Positions 1 through 9,893 of a DNA stretch of 64,000 bases are shown here, in pieces. The notes below the pieces were generated by a model, which saw nothing but the letters and a program-made list of their open reading frames with translations, was not told where the DNA came from and did no database searches. The translations under genes and the position numbers were made by a program. Origin of the DNA: an uncultured delta proteobacterium (GTDB taxonomy: Bacteria > Myxococcota > UBA727 > VGSZ01). The stretch spans positions 192,001-256,000 of the forward strand of contig CAVZJB010000011.1 in the NCBI GenBank assembly GCA_963775425.1. Reading direction: 5' to 3'. Within the stretch, counting starts at the first letter, position 1. Every line of letters starts with the position of its first letter.

Positions 1-69
1 CTGCCGGCGCCATCGTGCTGAGCGGCTTTGCGGGCTGCACGGCGTCGTCCGTGGTGGACTGCCGCTGAG

Positions 70-471
70 TCAGCGCCGCTTGCGCCGGGCCTTGCCGTGC
101 ATCACCACCTGGTACTCGCGAACGTCGAGCCCCTCGAGGGACTCGACGTTCTTCACCTTGAGCGCCTCCCACGGGACGTCGCGGATGGCGCCGGTGTCGT
201 CGTCGATGAAGTGGTGGTGGGGCGTGGTCTTCGGGTCGAAGACCACGCGGCCCTCGGCGAGCACCAGTTGGCGGAGCAGCCCCTTGTCCACGAAGAGGTT
301 GAGCGTGTTGTAGACGGTGGCGCGCGAGAGCACGGGCAGGTCGTGCTTCACGCGGGCGAACACCTGGTCCGCCGACGGGTGCTCGTCGGTGACGAGGACA
401 TAGCGGGCCACCGCCACGCGTTGGGCGGACGGCTGGATGCCGTGCTCCTCGAGGGTCCGAATCGCGTCCAT
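70..471 (-). CDS. Fur-family transcriptional regulator (Irr/PerR-like, no CxxC)
   Basis: 133 aa ORF with HPSADQV, SRATVYNTLNLF helix-turn-helix and HHHF metal motif; no Cys pairs. Confidence 0.9.
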   Translation of the reverse strand: MDAIRTLEEHGIQPSAQRVAVARYVLVTDEHPSADQVFARVKHDLPVLSRATVYNTLNLFVDKGLLRQLVLAEGRVVFDPKTTPHHHFIDDDTGAIRDVPWEALKVKNVESLEGLDVREYQVVMHGKARRKRR

Positions 472-475
472 GAAT

Positions 476-490
476 TTAGACTAAGTCTAG
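476..490. promoter_or_regulatory. 7-1-7 inverted repeat, putative Fur/PerR-type autoregulatory operator overlapping the -10 box
   Basis: TTAGACT-A-AGTCTAG (perfect TAGACT-A-AGTCTA core), AT-rich, 4 nt upstream of the regulator ATG. Minus-strand TAGTCT lies 6 nt before the ATG. Confidence 0.6.
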
Positions 491-516
491 ACCACGCGTC
501 CGACAACTGCGCCGGA

Positions 517-900
517 TCAGCGACCGGAGGGAGCGGCCGCGTCGCGCTCGCGGGCGAGGGCCGCCTCGAGGTCGGCGGCGGCGACGAACTTGAGCGACAG
601 CCCGGAGGCCACCGCGATCGCCGAGCCCATCATGCGCACCAGGCTCGAGGGCGCAACGGCCAGGAGGCGCCTGACCTCGCGCTCCTTCATCGAGCGCAGC
701 CACGGGACGGCCGGCTCGCGCACCGCGGGGTCGAAGCCGGTGACGGCGGAGGTGTCGATGTAGACGGCGAGCGGCACCCGCGCGTCCATGAGCGCGTCGG
801 TGAGTCGTCGCAGCTCGGTGACGTCGGCGGCGGTGACGTGACCCTTGAAGATCCCGGCGATGACGTCGTCGTCGTGCCAGCGGGCGCTCACCTGCCCCAT
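517..900 (-). CDS. STAS/SEC14 (SpoIIAA-like) domain protein
   Basis: 127 aa; G-H-V-T-x-x-[17 protein letters not shown] and closing alpha/beta pattern typical of SpoIIAA-like proteins; 1 nt downstream of the acyl-CoA dehydrogenase stop. Confidence 0.6.
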   Translation of the reverse strand: MGQVSARWHDDDVIAGIFKGHVTAADVTELRRLTDALMDARVPLAVYIDTSAVTGFDPAVREPAVPWLRSMKEREVRRLLAVAPSSLVRMMGSAIAVASGLSLKFVAAADLEAALARERDAAAPSGR

Positions 901-901
901 G

Positions 902-2710
902 TCAGCCGAGCACCGGGTAGCCCCCGGCTTCGAGCACCGCGGCCGCGATGTGCTCGAGCGCCCGGAACTGGTTGGTGGGCCGCACGACGTGAAGCCGCTC
1001 GATGTTTCCGAAGATGACCTGCAGCTCGTCCTCCTCGGCGATGCTCGCCGCGAGGCGCCCCGCGTTCTGCACGACGCGATCGTAGGCGTCGGCGACGAGC
1101 AGCGTGGTCATCTCGCGCTGGATGGCGGTCTTGTCGCGGCCGAAGCTCGGGATGTTCTGCGCGGTGCGCGAGACGACGGCGTCCATGAGGTAGACGTCGA
1201 TCATCATGTCGGCGAGCGAGCCGAGGATGTCCTGGCGCTCTTCGAGCTCGGCCATGTGCTTCTGGATGGCGACGTTGGCCACGTACGTCACGATGCGCTT
1301 GCTCAGCTCCACCGAGCGCTTCTCGCGTCCCATGAGCGAGCCGTCGACGGAGAGCGGGATGAGGTCGGGGTTGCTGAGCTCCGCCTGAACCTGCGTGACG
1401 AAGTCGAGGAGCTTCACGCGGCCCATGACCGCGCGCTTCAACAGCGTGCCCGGGATGAGCAGGCGGTTCACCTCGTTTGTGCCCTCGAAGATGCGGTTGA
1501 TGCGCGCGTCGCGCGCGAGCCGCTCGATGGGGAAGTGCTCCGTGTAGCCGTAGCCGCCGAAGATCTGCAGTGCCTCGTCGATGGTGTAGGCGAGCTGCTC
1601 GGTGCCGTAGACCTTCAGGATGGCGCACTCGATGGCGTACTCCTCGAGCGCCTGCTGCACGCGCGACGCGTGGTCGTGGCCGACGGCCGTCGCGCGGCCG
1701 CCGTGGGCGATGAAGGCGTCGATGACGCCGGTGGTGCGGTAGCCCATGCTCTCGGTGGCGTAGATGCCGCACGCGATGCGCGCGAGCTTGTGGCGGATGA
1801 GGCCGAACTCGCTGATGGACTTGCCGAACTGTTTGCGCTCCTTGGCGTAGTCGACGGCGAGCTCGAGCGCGTACTTGGAGCCGCCGACGGCGCCGACACC
1901 GAGCTTCAGGCGCCCGATGTTCAAGATGCCGAACGCGATCTTGTGGCCCTTGCCGATGCGGCCGAGCAGCCGGTCCTTCGGGATGCGCACGTTGTCGAGG
2001 ATGACCTCGCACGTGGAGCTGCCGCGGATGCCCATCTTGTGCTCTTCGGGCCCGATGCTCACGCCCGCGTCGCCGCGCTCGACGATGAACCCCGTGAACT
2101 TCTCGCCGTTCACCTTGGCGAAGACGGTGAAGACGTCGGCGAAGCCGGCGTTGGTGATCCACTGCTTCACGCCGTTGAGCACCCAGTGCTCGCCGTCCTC
2201 GACCGCCGTGGTCTTTGCCGCCAGCGCGTCGGAGCCGCTGCCCGCCTCGGTGAGGGCGTACGCCGCGATGAGCTCGCCCGTCGCCAGCTTGGGAAGGTAC
2301 CGGCGCTTCTGCTCGTCGGTGCCGAAGAACACGATGGGCAACGAGCCGATGCCGACGTGCGCACCCATCGTCACCGCCCACGACGGCACGCACACCATCT
2401 GCTCCGTCACGAGCATCGACGTGGTCTTGTCCGTGCCGAGGCCGCCGTAGGCCTCGGGCACGTCGAGCATCAGCAGGCCGAGCTCCCCCGCGGCGCTCAA
2501 CAGCTCGCGCAGCACCCCCGGCTTCTTGGACTCGATCTCGCCGACGCGCGGGAGCACCTTGCCCATGGCGAAGTCCGACGCGGTCTTCGCGAACGCGATT
2601 TGCTCTTCGGTGAATTGCTCGGGCGTGAAGATCGACTGCTTGGCAATGGACTCGATGAGCCAGACGCCGCCGGGGTTCTCGACGTCGGAAGAGGTGGTGT
2701 CGTCAGCCAT
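902..2710 (-). CDS. Acyl-CoA dehydrogenase (long, FadE/VLCAD-like)
   Basis: [50 protein letters not shown] motifs. Confidence 0.95.
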   Translation of the reverse strand: MADDTTSSDVENPGGVWLIESIAKQSIFTPEQFTEEQIAFAKTASDFAMGKVLPRVGEIESKKPGVLRELLSAAGELGLLMLDVPEAYGGLGTDKTTSMLVTEQMVCVPSWAVTMGAHVGIGSLPIVFFGTDEQKRRYLPKLATGELIAAYALTEAGSGSDALAAKTTAVEDGEHWVLNGVKQWITNAGFADVFTVFAKVNGEKFTGFIVERGDAGVSIGPEEHKMGIRGSSTCEVILDNVRIPKDRLLGRIGKGHKIAFGILNIGRLKLGVGAVGGSKYALELAVDYAKERKQFGKSISEFGLIRHKLARIACGIYATESMGYRTTGVIDAFIAHGGRATAVGHDHASRVQQALEEYAIECAILKVYGTEQLAYTIDEALQIFGGYGYTEHFPIERLARDARINRIFEGTNEVNRLLIPGTLLKRAVMGRVKLLDFVTQVQAELSNPDLIPLSVDGSLMGREKRSVELSKRIVTYVANVAIQKHMAELEERQDILGSLADMMIDVYLMDAVVSRTAQNIPSFGRDKTAIQREMTTLLVADAYDRVVQNAGRLAASIAEEDELQVIFGNIERLHVVRPTNQFRALEHIAAAVLEAGGYPVLG

Positions 2711-2776
2711 ACGCCAAACCTAGCGCGATTCGTCACCGGGCCGCCCCCACGGCCGTCGACCGGCCGTCACGGGACG

Positions 2777-4741
2777 TCAGCAGCCGTTCGTGACGACCCA
2801 GCCGGGCGGGATGCAGGAGTCCTGGAACACCACGCACTGGCCGCTCACCGGATCCATGGCGGCCGTCACCACGTCGGCGCACTGGGCGGCGCACCAGCCG
2901 GAGCACACGGCGAGGTCGCTGTTGGGATCGTCGAGGCAGACGTCGGGGTCGAAGCGGCAGCTCCCGCGGGCGACCGTGCCGTCGGCGGAGGCGCACGCAG
3001 AGTCGTCCAGGCAGAAGGTGCCCGAGGCGCCGGTGTCGTCGACGCAGACGGGGCCGTCGAGCTCCACGGCGCAGCGCTGTCCGGCGGGGCAGTCGCCGTC
3101 GGCCTGGCACGTGGCGGGCGGCGCGAGCGGCGCGCACAGGCCGGGGCACTGCGCGACGAGGGCGCCGGGGCCGCAGGCGAGCAGGCTGAAGTCGCAGAAT
3201 TCGTCCGGGCTGCAGTCGGCGTCGGCGAAGCAGGTGGGCTCGACCTGCACGCAGACGTTGTCGGGGCGGCAATCGGGATCGCACGGGGGCGGCGCGACGC
3301 CGCTGCCGTCGCCGCCGGGGGCGGGGGGCTCGGCGCAGGTGCCGCACACGCTGACGGCGACGCAGGCGCCGCCGGGGCCACAGTCGGCGTCGCTGTTGCA
3401 CTCGGCCGGCGGCGGCGCGCCGTCGACGCAGGTGCCCTCGACGAAGCAAGGCGCGGCGCAGTTGAGGTCGTTGCCCGAGGGGTCGCACGCGGGGCAGGAC
3501 TCGACGAGCTCGCAGTGCTGGCCGTCGAGGCAGTCGGCGTCGGCGGTGCAGGAGGGGCTGGCGGGCACGCACACCGGCTGCGGCGCGGGCTGCGCGCAGT
3601 CGCACCCGTTGGGCGTGCTCGGGTCGCAGCCGCAGGGCGTCGAGCTGGTGCCGCCGTCGACGAGGGTGCAGCGGGGATCGGCGCTGCACTGATCGGGCGT
3701 GAGCGCGCCGCAGCTCTGATCGCTCGGGCCGCACACGCCGCTCTCGGTCCAACACTGATCGAAGCAGGTCTGGCTGCCGTCGGCGTTCACCTCGCAGCCG
3801 CTGCCGCACACGGTGGTGAGCGAGCAGACCTCGCCGGCGAAGCAGTCGGCGTCGCTGAAGCAGTCGCCGCCGTCCGAGGAGCGGGGCACGCAGACGAGGT
3901 CCGGCGGCGGCGGCGGCGCCGGGTCGGTGCCGGTGCAATTCGGGTCGGCGGCGTCGCACGGGGCGGGGGCGCCGTCGCTCCCGCCGCCGCTGGCGCCGGC
4001 GTTGGTGCCGTCGACGGACTTGAGGATGCAGTTGGGGTTCGACTCGCACGAGTCGGGCCCGAGGACGGAGCAGTCGTCGACGGCGCCGCACAGCGTGTTG
4101 CCCGCGGGGTCGTCGATGAGCTGGCAGCCCGGGCTGAGCTGGCACTGGTCGGGGGCGAGGCCGCGGCAGCCGTCGACGGGGACGCAGCCCAGCGCGCACG
4201 GATCGCCCGAGGGCGCGAGGCCGACCTCGGTGCCGGGCGGGCACTCGGGCAGGGCGACGCCGGCGCCGGCGCAGTTGGCGTCGACGCAGACGCCGGCGGG
4301 GGCGGGGAGCTGCGGGGCGGCGTCGCCGTTTTGGTCGGGCGGGGGCGCGGGGCGCTGGTTGGCGTCGCCGCCGTTGTCGATGAGCGCGCAGGCCTGGCCG
4401 GCGGCGCAGTCGGCGTCGGAGGTGCACGAGGCCGGAGCGTCGACGCAGCGGCCGTAGCAGGCGTCGGGGCAGGGGCCGTCCCCTTCGCAGTTGGGCGCGG
4501 GCTCGCAGAAGTCCACGCTGTCGCAGCGCTGGCCCGCCCCGCACTCGCTGCTGTCCCAGCACACGGTGACCTCGGGCGTGGTGCACTCGCAGATGGAGCA
4601 GCCGTCGCGGTCCTGCTTGTAGTCGTCGCACTGCAGGTCCGGGCAGACGTCGTCGAGGCTCGGGCACTGCGCCGCATCCACGAAGATGTTGCACCCGGGG
4701 AGGGCGGCGAGGGCGGCGACGAGGAGGAGGGCGCTGCGCAT
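2777..4741 (-). CDS. Cys-rich repeat lipoprotein
   Basis: Start [17 protein letters not shown] (lipobox-like); many CxxDxDC repeats; C-terminal part of the 2777..6838 ORF. Confidence 0.8.
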   Translation of the reverse strand: MRSALLLVAALAALPGCNIFVDAAQCPSLDDVCPDLQCDDYKQDRDGCSICECTTPEVTVCWDSSECGAGQRCDSVDFCEPAPNCEGDGPCPDACYGRCVDAPASCTSDADCAAGQACALIDNGGDANQRPAPPPDQNGDAAPQLPAPAGVCVDANCAGAGVALPECPPGTEVGLAPSGDPCALGCVPVDGCRGLAPDQCQLSPGCQLIDDPAGNTLCGAVDDCSVLGPDSCESNPNCILKSVDGTNAGASGGGSDGAPAPCDAADPNCTGTDPAPPPPPDLVCVPRSSDGGDCFSDADCFAGEVCSLTTVCGSGCEVNADGSQTCFDQCWTESGVCGPSDQSCGALTPDQCSADPRCTLVDGGTSSTPCGCDPSTPNGCDCAQPAPQPVCVPASPSCTADADCLDGQHCELVESCPACDPSGNDLNCAAPCFVEGTCVDGAPPPAECNSDADCGPGGACVAVSVCGTCAEPPAPGGDGSGVAPPPCDPDCRPDNVCVQVEPTCFADADCSPDEFCDFSLLACGPGALVAQCPGLCAPLAPPATCQADGDCPAGQRCAVELDGPVCVDDTGASGTFCLDDSACASADGTVARGSCRFDPDVCLDDPNSDLAVCSGWCAAQCADVVTAAMDPVSGQCVVFQDSCIPPGWVVTNGC

Positions 4742-5002
4742 GGGACTCCCGCGAGCAGCCATCATGCCACGAAAAAACGAGCTAAGTCCCCGATGTTTCG
4801 GGCTGTCTCCGCGGTTTTGACCCCGCACCTGCGATCTCGAGATCGCAGCCGAGCGCCTCGGTGGGCGTCGCGGCTCGTCCGCCGCCCCTGCGCGTCCGGG
4901 ATCCGCGCGCGCAAATTCGCGCCGCCTCGGACGGAGGTTCTTGAAGGGAGGCCCCCTTGTGGCCTCGGTTCCTTTGATCGATGGGCACGGCGAGGTGAAG
5001 AC

Positions 5003-5467
5003 ATGGCGAGCGGTGTGAACAAGGTGATCCTGGTGGGAAATCTCGGGCGCGATCCCGAGGTGCGCTACGTGCAGTCCGGCAACGCCGTGTGCACCCTGCG
5101 CCTCGCGGTCACCGAGCGGAGGAAGGACGGCGAAAACGGCTGGAAGGACCACACCGAGTGGATGGACGTCGTCACCTTCGGAAAGACCGCTGAAAACGCC
5201 GGCCAGTACCTGCAGAAGGGCCGCCAGGTCTACGTCGAGGGCCGCCTGCAGACGCGCCAGTACAAGGACAAGGAAGGCCAGGACCGCTGGCGCACCGAGG
5301 TCGTCGCCAACCAGGTGCTCTTCCTCGGCGGCGGCGGCGACCGCGCCGGCGGGCCACGCCCCTCGAGCGGCCGGCCCGCGTCGGCCCCCGCGGACCAGGG
5401 CGGCGGCGGCGGCGACGAGCCCCCGCCCCCGGACCAGGGCTTCATCGACGACGACCTGCCGTTCTGA
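5003..5467 (+). CDS. ssb: Single-stranded DNA-binding protein
   Basis: [29 protein letters not shown], Gly/Pro linker, acidic DDDLPF tail; GAGG ribosome-binding site upstream. Confidence 0.97.
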   Translation: MASGVNKVILVGNLGRDPEVRYVQSGNAVCTLRLAVTERRKDGENGWKDHTEWMDVVTFGKTAENAGQYLQKGRQVYVEGRLQTRQYKDKEGQDRWRTEVVANQVLFLGGGGDRAGGPRPSSGRPASAPADQGGGGGDEPPPPDQGFIDDDLPF

Positions 5468-5470
5468 CGC

Positions 5471-5825
5471 GTGGCGCTCCGGGGCCTGCGCACGGTGCCG
5501 ATCCTGCGCTCGTTCGACGAGTCGCCGTGGTGCTCGGAGACGTGAAGCACGATGCCGGCCCGGCTCACCAGCGGCAGGTCGGGCTCGAAGCGGTGCTCCC
5601 AGTCGACCTGGAAGCCGAGGAAGCCCTCGTAGAGCGCCCGGCGTCCACATCCGCGTCGACGTCGAGGACGTCGCCGCGCTGCACACCGAGCTCACGGCGC
5701 GCAGGTACAAGAACATGCGGCCGGGCCTGGAGCGCCCGCCCTGGGGCGGCACCGAGCTCACGGTGATCGACCCGGCCGGCAACCACATCACGTTCGCCGA
5801 GCCGGATCCACCGGCCGGCGCGTGA
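5471..5825 (+). pseudogene. Glyoxalase/bleomycin-resistance (VOC) family gene disrupted by an internal inversion
   Basis: Plus strand gives VALRGLRTVPILRSFDE and PGVHIRVDVEDVAALH...PWGGTELTVIDPAGNHITFAE. The missing middle (RALYEGFLGFQVDWEHRFEPDLPL...LHVSEHHGDSS) lies on the minus strand at 5640-5515. Confidence 0.8.
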
Positions 5826-5850
5826 CGACGTCGCTCGTCGACGCCGGCGG

Positions 5851-7362
5851 CTACTTGTTGTCGGCGAGCTGCACGTAGTTGTCGTAGCGCGTCTGGATCT
5901 CGGAGACGTACTTCACGGGCTCGTCGCCGCGCGCGAAGCCGTGCTTCACCTGCGAGTAGTACTTGGGCTTGGACAACAAGAGCATCGCCTTCTCGACGTT
6001 GCCGAACCACCGGTTCCGGTTGAGACCTTGCTTCTCCGCGAGCTCGCGCGCGTCGTCGAGGTGCGCGGGGCCGACGTTGTAGGCGGCGAGCGAGAAGCGC
6101 ACGCGGTCCTTGAGCGCGAGGTCGGGATAGCGCTTCATCAGCTTGCCGAGGAAGCGCGAGGCGGCGTCGATGGCGCAAGGCGGCCGTTCGGGGTGATCGC
6201 AGCCGAGCTCCTTCGACGTCGACGGCAACAACTGCATGACGCCCACGGCGCCGAACGGCGAGCGCGCCTGCGGGTCGAAGCGGCTCTCCTGGTAGGCCTG
6301 CGCGGCGAGCAGGCGCCAGTCGACGTCCGCCTTCTCCCCGGCCTTGCGGAACAGCGGGTCCCACGGCGACAGGCGCCCCTCGCGGTCGGCGCGCAGGGTG
6401 TCGTCGCGCACGGCGGCCGTGCGCTTGAACGAGGAGTGGTACTTCGCGTAGGTCACGTTCCAGTCCGTGTCCTTGCGGTGGCGCGCGATGAAGTCGTCGA
6501 GGAGCGCCCAGAGCTTCACGTCCTCGCGGCGCACCGCCGGCGCCTCGCGGTCGGGGCCGCCCGGCAGCGTGAACGCGATCTTGAGGTCGTCGCGGTGCAG
6601 CAGCTCGACCTTGGCGATGCGCTCCTCGACGACGCACGCGGGGACCTCGCCGTCGGCGACGGCGTCGAGCAGGTCTTCGCTCTCGAGGCCCTCCACCGCG
6701 GCCTTGACGTCGACGCCGCCGACCGCGCGCAGGCGATGCAGGGCGCCCGAGGAATAGCGCACGAGGACCTCGAGGCCGTGGAGGTCGTCGACGCTCTCGA
6801 TCTTCGGGCCCTTCTTCTTCCGGGTGACGACCACCCACGGCGTCTCGAGGTAGGGGCGCGTGAGGTGGACGCGGTCGACGCGCGCGCTCTCCTCGGAGAA
6901 GCCCGCGAGGATCATGTCGGCTTTGCCCTCGAGGAGAAACGGCACGAGGTCGCGGCGCGTCGGCGACACGACCATCTCGAGGCGCACGCCGATCTCCTTG
7001 GCGATCCAGCGCGCGATCTCGTAGTCGAAGCCGGCCTCCACGCCCTTGTAGAGGAAGTAGCTCGTGGAGTTGTTGCGCGTGAGCACGCGGATGACGTGGC
7101 GGCGCTTGATGTCGTCGAGATCACCCGTGTACACGACGCGCCGGTGGCCGGTCATCGCGAGGGCGAAGCGGGCCTGGGCGTCGTTGGGGTCGTCGGGATC
7201 GGGGCCGTCCTCGACGGGGGGCAGGTCGGCGGCCTCCACCGTGCGCGGGTCCCGCGGCGGCGGGGGCGGCGCCGGCGGCGGCGGCGGCGGCGGGTGACCA
7301 ATGACGACGAACGCGCACGCGGCGGCGGCGGCGAAGAGCAGCGGGAGGACGACGCGCCCCAT
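5851..7362 (-). CDS. MltF-like membrane-anchored lytic transglycosylase (SBP family 3 domain + SLT domain)
   Basis: N-terminal hydrophobic anchor, GFDYEIA substrate-binding-domain motif, QAYQESRF catalytic Glu, GVMQL, AAYNVG. Confidence 0.88.
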   Translation of the reverse strand: MGRVVLPLLFAAAAACAFVVIGHPPPPPPPAPPPPPRDPRTVEAADLPPVEDGPDPDDPNDAQARFALAMTGHRRVVYTGDLDDIKRRHVIRVLTRNNSTSYFLYKGVEAGFDYEIARWIAKEIGVRLEMVVSPTRRDLVPFLLEGKADMILAGFSEESARVDRVHLTRPYLETPWVVVTRKKKGPKIESVDDLHGLEVLVRYSSGALHRLRAVGGVDVKAAVEGLESEDLLDAVADGEVPACVVEERIAKVELLHRDDLKIAFTLPGGPDREAPAVRREDVKLWALLDDFIARHRKDTDWNVTYAKYHSSFKRTAAVRDDTLRADREGRLSPWDPLFRKAGEKADVDWRLLAAQAYQESRFDPQARSPFGAVGVMQLLPSTSKELGCDHPERPPCAIDAASRFLGKLMKRYPDLALKDRVRFSLAAYNVGPAHLDDARELAEKQGLNRNRWFGNVEKAMLLLSKPKYYSQVKHGFARGDEPVKYVSEIQTRYDNYVQLADNK

Positions 7363-7389
7363 GGGGGCCCGAGCATACAGGACTCCCGG

Positions 7390-8412
7390 CCGCGTCGACG
7401 GCGCGCCGCAGCGTTTCGTGCCCCGCGTCGACGCTCCGTCGTGGGGCGCGGGCTCGTCCCGCGCATCGGATGTGCGGCGGCCGCGTCGACGCTCCGTCGT
7501 GGGCGCGGGCTTGTCCCGCGTCGACGCTGGCGCGGGCTCGTCCCGCGCATCGGATGCGCGGCGGCCGCGTCGACGCTCCGTCGTGGGCGCAGGCTTGTCC
7601 CGCGCATCGGATGCGCGGCCGCGTCGACGCTCCATCGTGGGGCGCGGGCTTGTCCCGCGTCGACGCTGGCGCGGGCTCGTCCCGCGCATCGGATGCGCGG
7701 CGGCCGCGTCGACGCTCCGTCGTGGGGCGCGGGCTTGTCCCGCGTCGACGCTCCGTCGTGGGGCGCGGGCTTGTCCCGCGTCGACGCTGGCGCGGGCTCG
7801 TCCCGCGCACCGGATGTGCGGCGGCCGCGTCGACGCTCCGTCGTCGGGCGCGGGCTTGTCCCGCGTCGACGCTCCATCGTGGGGCGCGGGCTCGTCCCGC
7901 GCATCGGATGCGCGGCGGCCGCGTCGACGCTCCGTCGTGGGCGCGGGCTTGTCCCGCGTCGACGCTCCATCATGGGGCGCGGGCTTGTCCCGCGCATCGG
8001 ATGCGCGGCCGCGTCGACGCTCCGTCGTGGGCGCGGGCATGTCCCGCGTCGACGCTCCATCGTCGGGCGCGGGCTTGTCCCGCGTCGACGCTGGCGCGGG
8101 CTCGTCCCGCGCACCGGATGTGCGGCGGCCGCGTCGACGCTCCGTGGGGCGCGGGCTCGTCCCGCGCATCGGATGGCGGCGGCCGCGTCGACGCTCCGTC
8201 GTGGGGCGCGGGCTTGTCCCGCGTCGACGCTGGCGCGGGCTCGTCCCGCGCACCGGATGTGCGGCGGCCGCGTCGACGCTCCGTCGTGGGGCGCGGGCTC
8301 GTCCCGCGCATCGGATGGCGGCGGCCGCGTCGACGCCCGTGCCCCGCGTGCCGGCCGCGTCGACGGTGCGCGTCATCGCGCGCGGCCTTGGCTGCGCCCC
8401 ACGCGTCGACGC
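7390..8412. repeat. Mosaic tandem array of three palindromic modules (REP/BIME-like)
   Basis: By manual count about 20 x GGCGCGGGCT(C/T)GTCCCGCG, about 11 x CGCGCA(T/C)CGGATG(C/T)GCG-type and about 24 x GCGTCGACG, all in the same orientation, in the divergent intergenic region between 7362 and 8505. Confidence 0.92.
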
Positions 8413-8504
8413 CCGCACGCTCTGCCGAACGGATCCGGAGATCTTCCGGGCGCGTGCTCCGTTTCCAGAGGAACCCCGCGCGCCGTCGCGCGGTCGAGGT
8501 GTCC

Positions 8505-8924
8505 ATGGCCCCCGCTCAGAGCCCCGCCGCCGCCCGCGCCTTACCCCTCGTCGCCTACGGCCTGCTCGGCCTCGCCGCCGCTGCCGCGCTCTTCGTCGCG
8601 CGCCCGGTCGCGCCGGGCGCGGAGGTGGGCGTACAGGTGAGCGAACAGACGCGCATCGAGACCCACATCGTCTCCGCCGTCCGCACCCTCGACGCCACGC
8701 GGCTCGCGGGTGTCTACCGCGCCGGCGACGCGCGCCTGATCCTCGCCGTCGACGGCACCTGGGCGGCCTTCGGCGCGGCCGTCGGCGGCGCGACCTCCGG
8801 CCGGTGGAGCGTCGCCGGCCCGATGCTCACCCTCGGCGTCGTCACCATCGCCCCCGACAGCGACGACGTCCTGCGCCTGCACGGCACCACCTGGGTCGCC
8901 GTCGCCGACGGAGGCTCGCGATGA
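8505..8924 (+). CDS. Hypothetical membrane-anchored/secreted protein
   Basis: 139 aa with GAGG RBS and N-terminal hydrophobic helix; beta-rich GxW motifs; stop overlaps the next start (ATGA). Confidence 0.65.
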   Translation: MAPAQSPAAARALPLVAYGLLGLAAAAALFVARPVAPGAEVGVQVSEQTRIETHIVSAVRTLDATRLAGVYRAGDARLILAVDGTWAAFGAAVGGATSGRWSVAGPMLTLGVVTIAPDSDDVLRLHGTTWVAVADGGSR

Positions 8925-9841
8925 AGCGCCGCTCGTTCCTCGGGCTCGCGGCGTCGTCCGCGCTGTGGCCCGCCTTCGTGCAGCGCGCCTTCGCCGCCGA
9001 GGGCCCCGGCATCGGCGTCGAGCACGGCGTCGACGACGTCGGGGCCGCCTTCCGCCGCGCCGCGCGCCGGGGCAAGCCGCTCCTTATCCTCGTCATCCCC
9101 GCCGACGACAGCGAGAAGTACACGCGCGGCGAGGTGTGGGGCGAGGTCCTCAACCACGGCAGCGACGACGCGCTCGCCGCCTTCGCCCTCGCCGAGGTCG
9201 TCTGCGCGACCACCGCGGCGATGAAGCGGGTGGTGCCCGCCGCGCCCGCCGGCGAGCCGCTGTTCGTCCTCGTCGAGACCGCGCGCATCCCGGCGCCCGC
9301 CGCGGGGTTCACCGCCGACCTGCCCGCGTACGACCAGATCCGCCGCTACGACAGCTCCGTGCCGTGGGAGGAGCGCCTTCGCCGCGAAAAGGAGACGAGC
9401 CTCGCCCGCATCCGGGCGCTCGGCGCCCTCGTCGGGGCCGCCGTCTTCGGCAGCGTCGGAGAGCGCCTCGCGGGCCGCGTCGCCCAGGCCGAGGCCGCGC
9501 TCTCCGCCGAGGACAAGCGCGCGCTCGCCGCCATCCTCGAGCGGGTGTCGCCGTCGCCGCCGCCCGCCGCTGCGCCCGCGCCCGAGGACCTCGCGCTCGT
9601 CGACCGCGCCGCCGCGCTCGTCGCCGCCGCCGGCCCCGACGGCGTCGCCCTCGCCGCCCGCGCCGCCCGCGCGCGCATCGTGGACAAGCCGCCGCGGGGC
9701 GCGAAGTGGGCGCACGGCGGCGGCTGCGGCGTGCGCGTCGAGGGCGACGACGACAACGTCGGCATCGCCTGCGGCATGGGCCACACCCCCGAGCTCGCGC
9801 AGCGCTTCCTCTACTTCTTCACCAAGGGCCCCTACGAGTGA
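8921..9841 (+). CDS. Tat-exported protein with C-terminal GCG...CGMGH motif (candidate MNIO substrate)
   Basis: MKRRSFLG twin-arginine signal with AFA cleavage site; GKPLLILVI thioredoxin-like start; only 3 Cys, two of them in the C-terminal tail. Confidence 0.8.
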   Translation: MKRRSFLGLAASSALWPAFVQRAFAAEGPGIGVEHGVDDVGAAFRRAARRGKPLLILVIPADDSEKYTRGEVWGEVLNHGSDDALAAFALAEVVCATTAAMKRVVPAAPAGEPLFVLVETARIPAPAAGFTADLPAYDQIRRYDSSVPWEERLRREKETSLARIRALGALVGAAVFGSVGERLAGRVAQAEAALSAEDKRALAAILERVSPSPPPAAAPAPEDLALVDRAAALVAAAGPDGVALAARAARARIVDKPPRGAKWAHGGGCGVRVEGDDDNVGIACGMGHTPELAQRFLYFFTKGPYE

Positions 9842-9893
9842 CCCGTCGTCGCCGCCACCGGGGCGCCGCGCGCCCGTCGTCGGGGCGCGGGAG

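Noticed and set aside
4745-5000. Possible tRNA/ncRNA in the intergenic regions (also 21376-21495, 50482-50720, 60506-60810)
   Set aside because: No cloverleaf, T-loop or recognisable riboswitch consensus found by eye; an Rfam/Infernal scan would be needed to exclude one.
845-5002. 1540-aa ORF as an SSB fusion, and other very long antisense ORFs (21829..26049, 29762..32632, 32629..36153, 43918..46299, 51904..54774, 57102..59510)
   Set aside because: Shadow ORFs of high-GC coding sequence on the opposite strand; low-complexity Arg/Ala/Gly translations with no motifs.
5515-5640. Reversible invertase-controlled phase-variation switch
   Set aside because: No long inverted repeats and no recombinase nearby. 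The flanking segments are in different frames, so simple re-inversion would not restore the gene.
7390-8412. CRISPR array interpretation
   Set aside because: No unique spacers (inter-hairpin segments are themselves repeated), irregular period, no AT-rich leader, and no cas genes in the window.
7121-8924. Long ORFs reading through the repeat array on both strands (e.g. 5851..8418 extension, 7152..8114, 7301..9841, 7470..8924)
   Set aside because: Several frames are open only because the GC-rich modules lack stops, and unit lengths are not multiples of 3. The real starts, with signal peptides, RBS or -10 boxes, are at 7362, 8505 and 8921.
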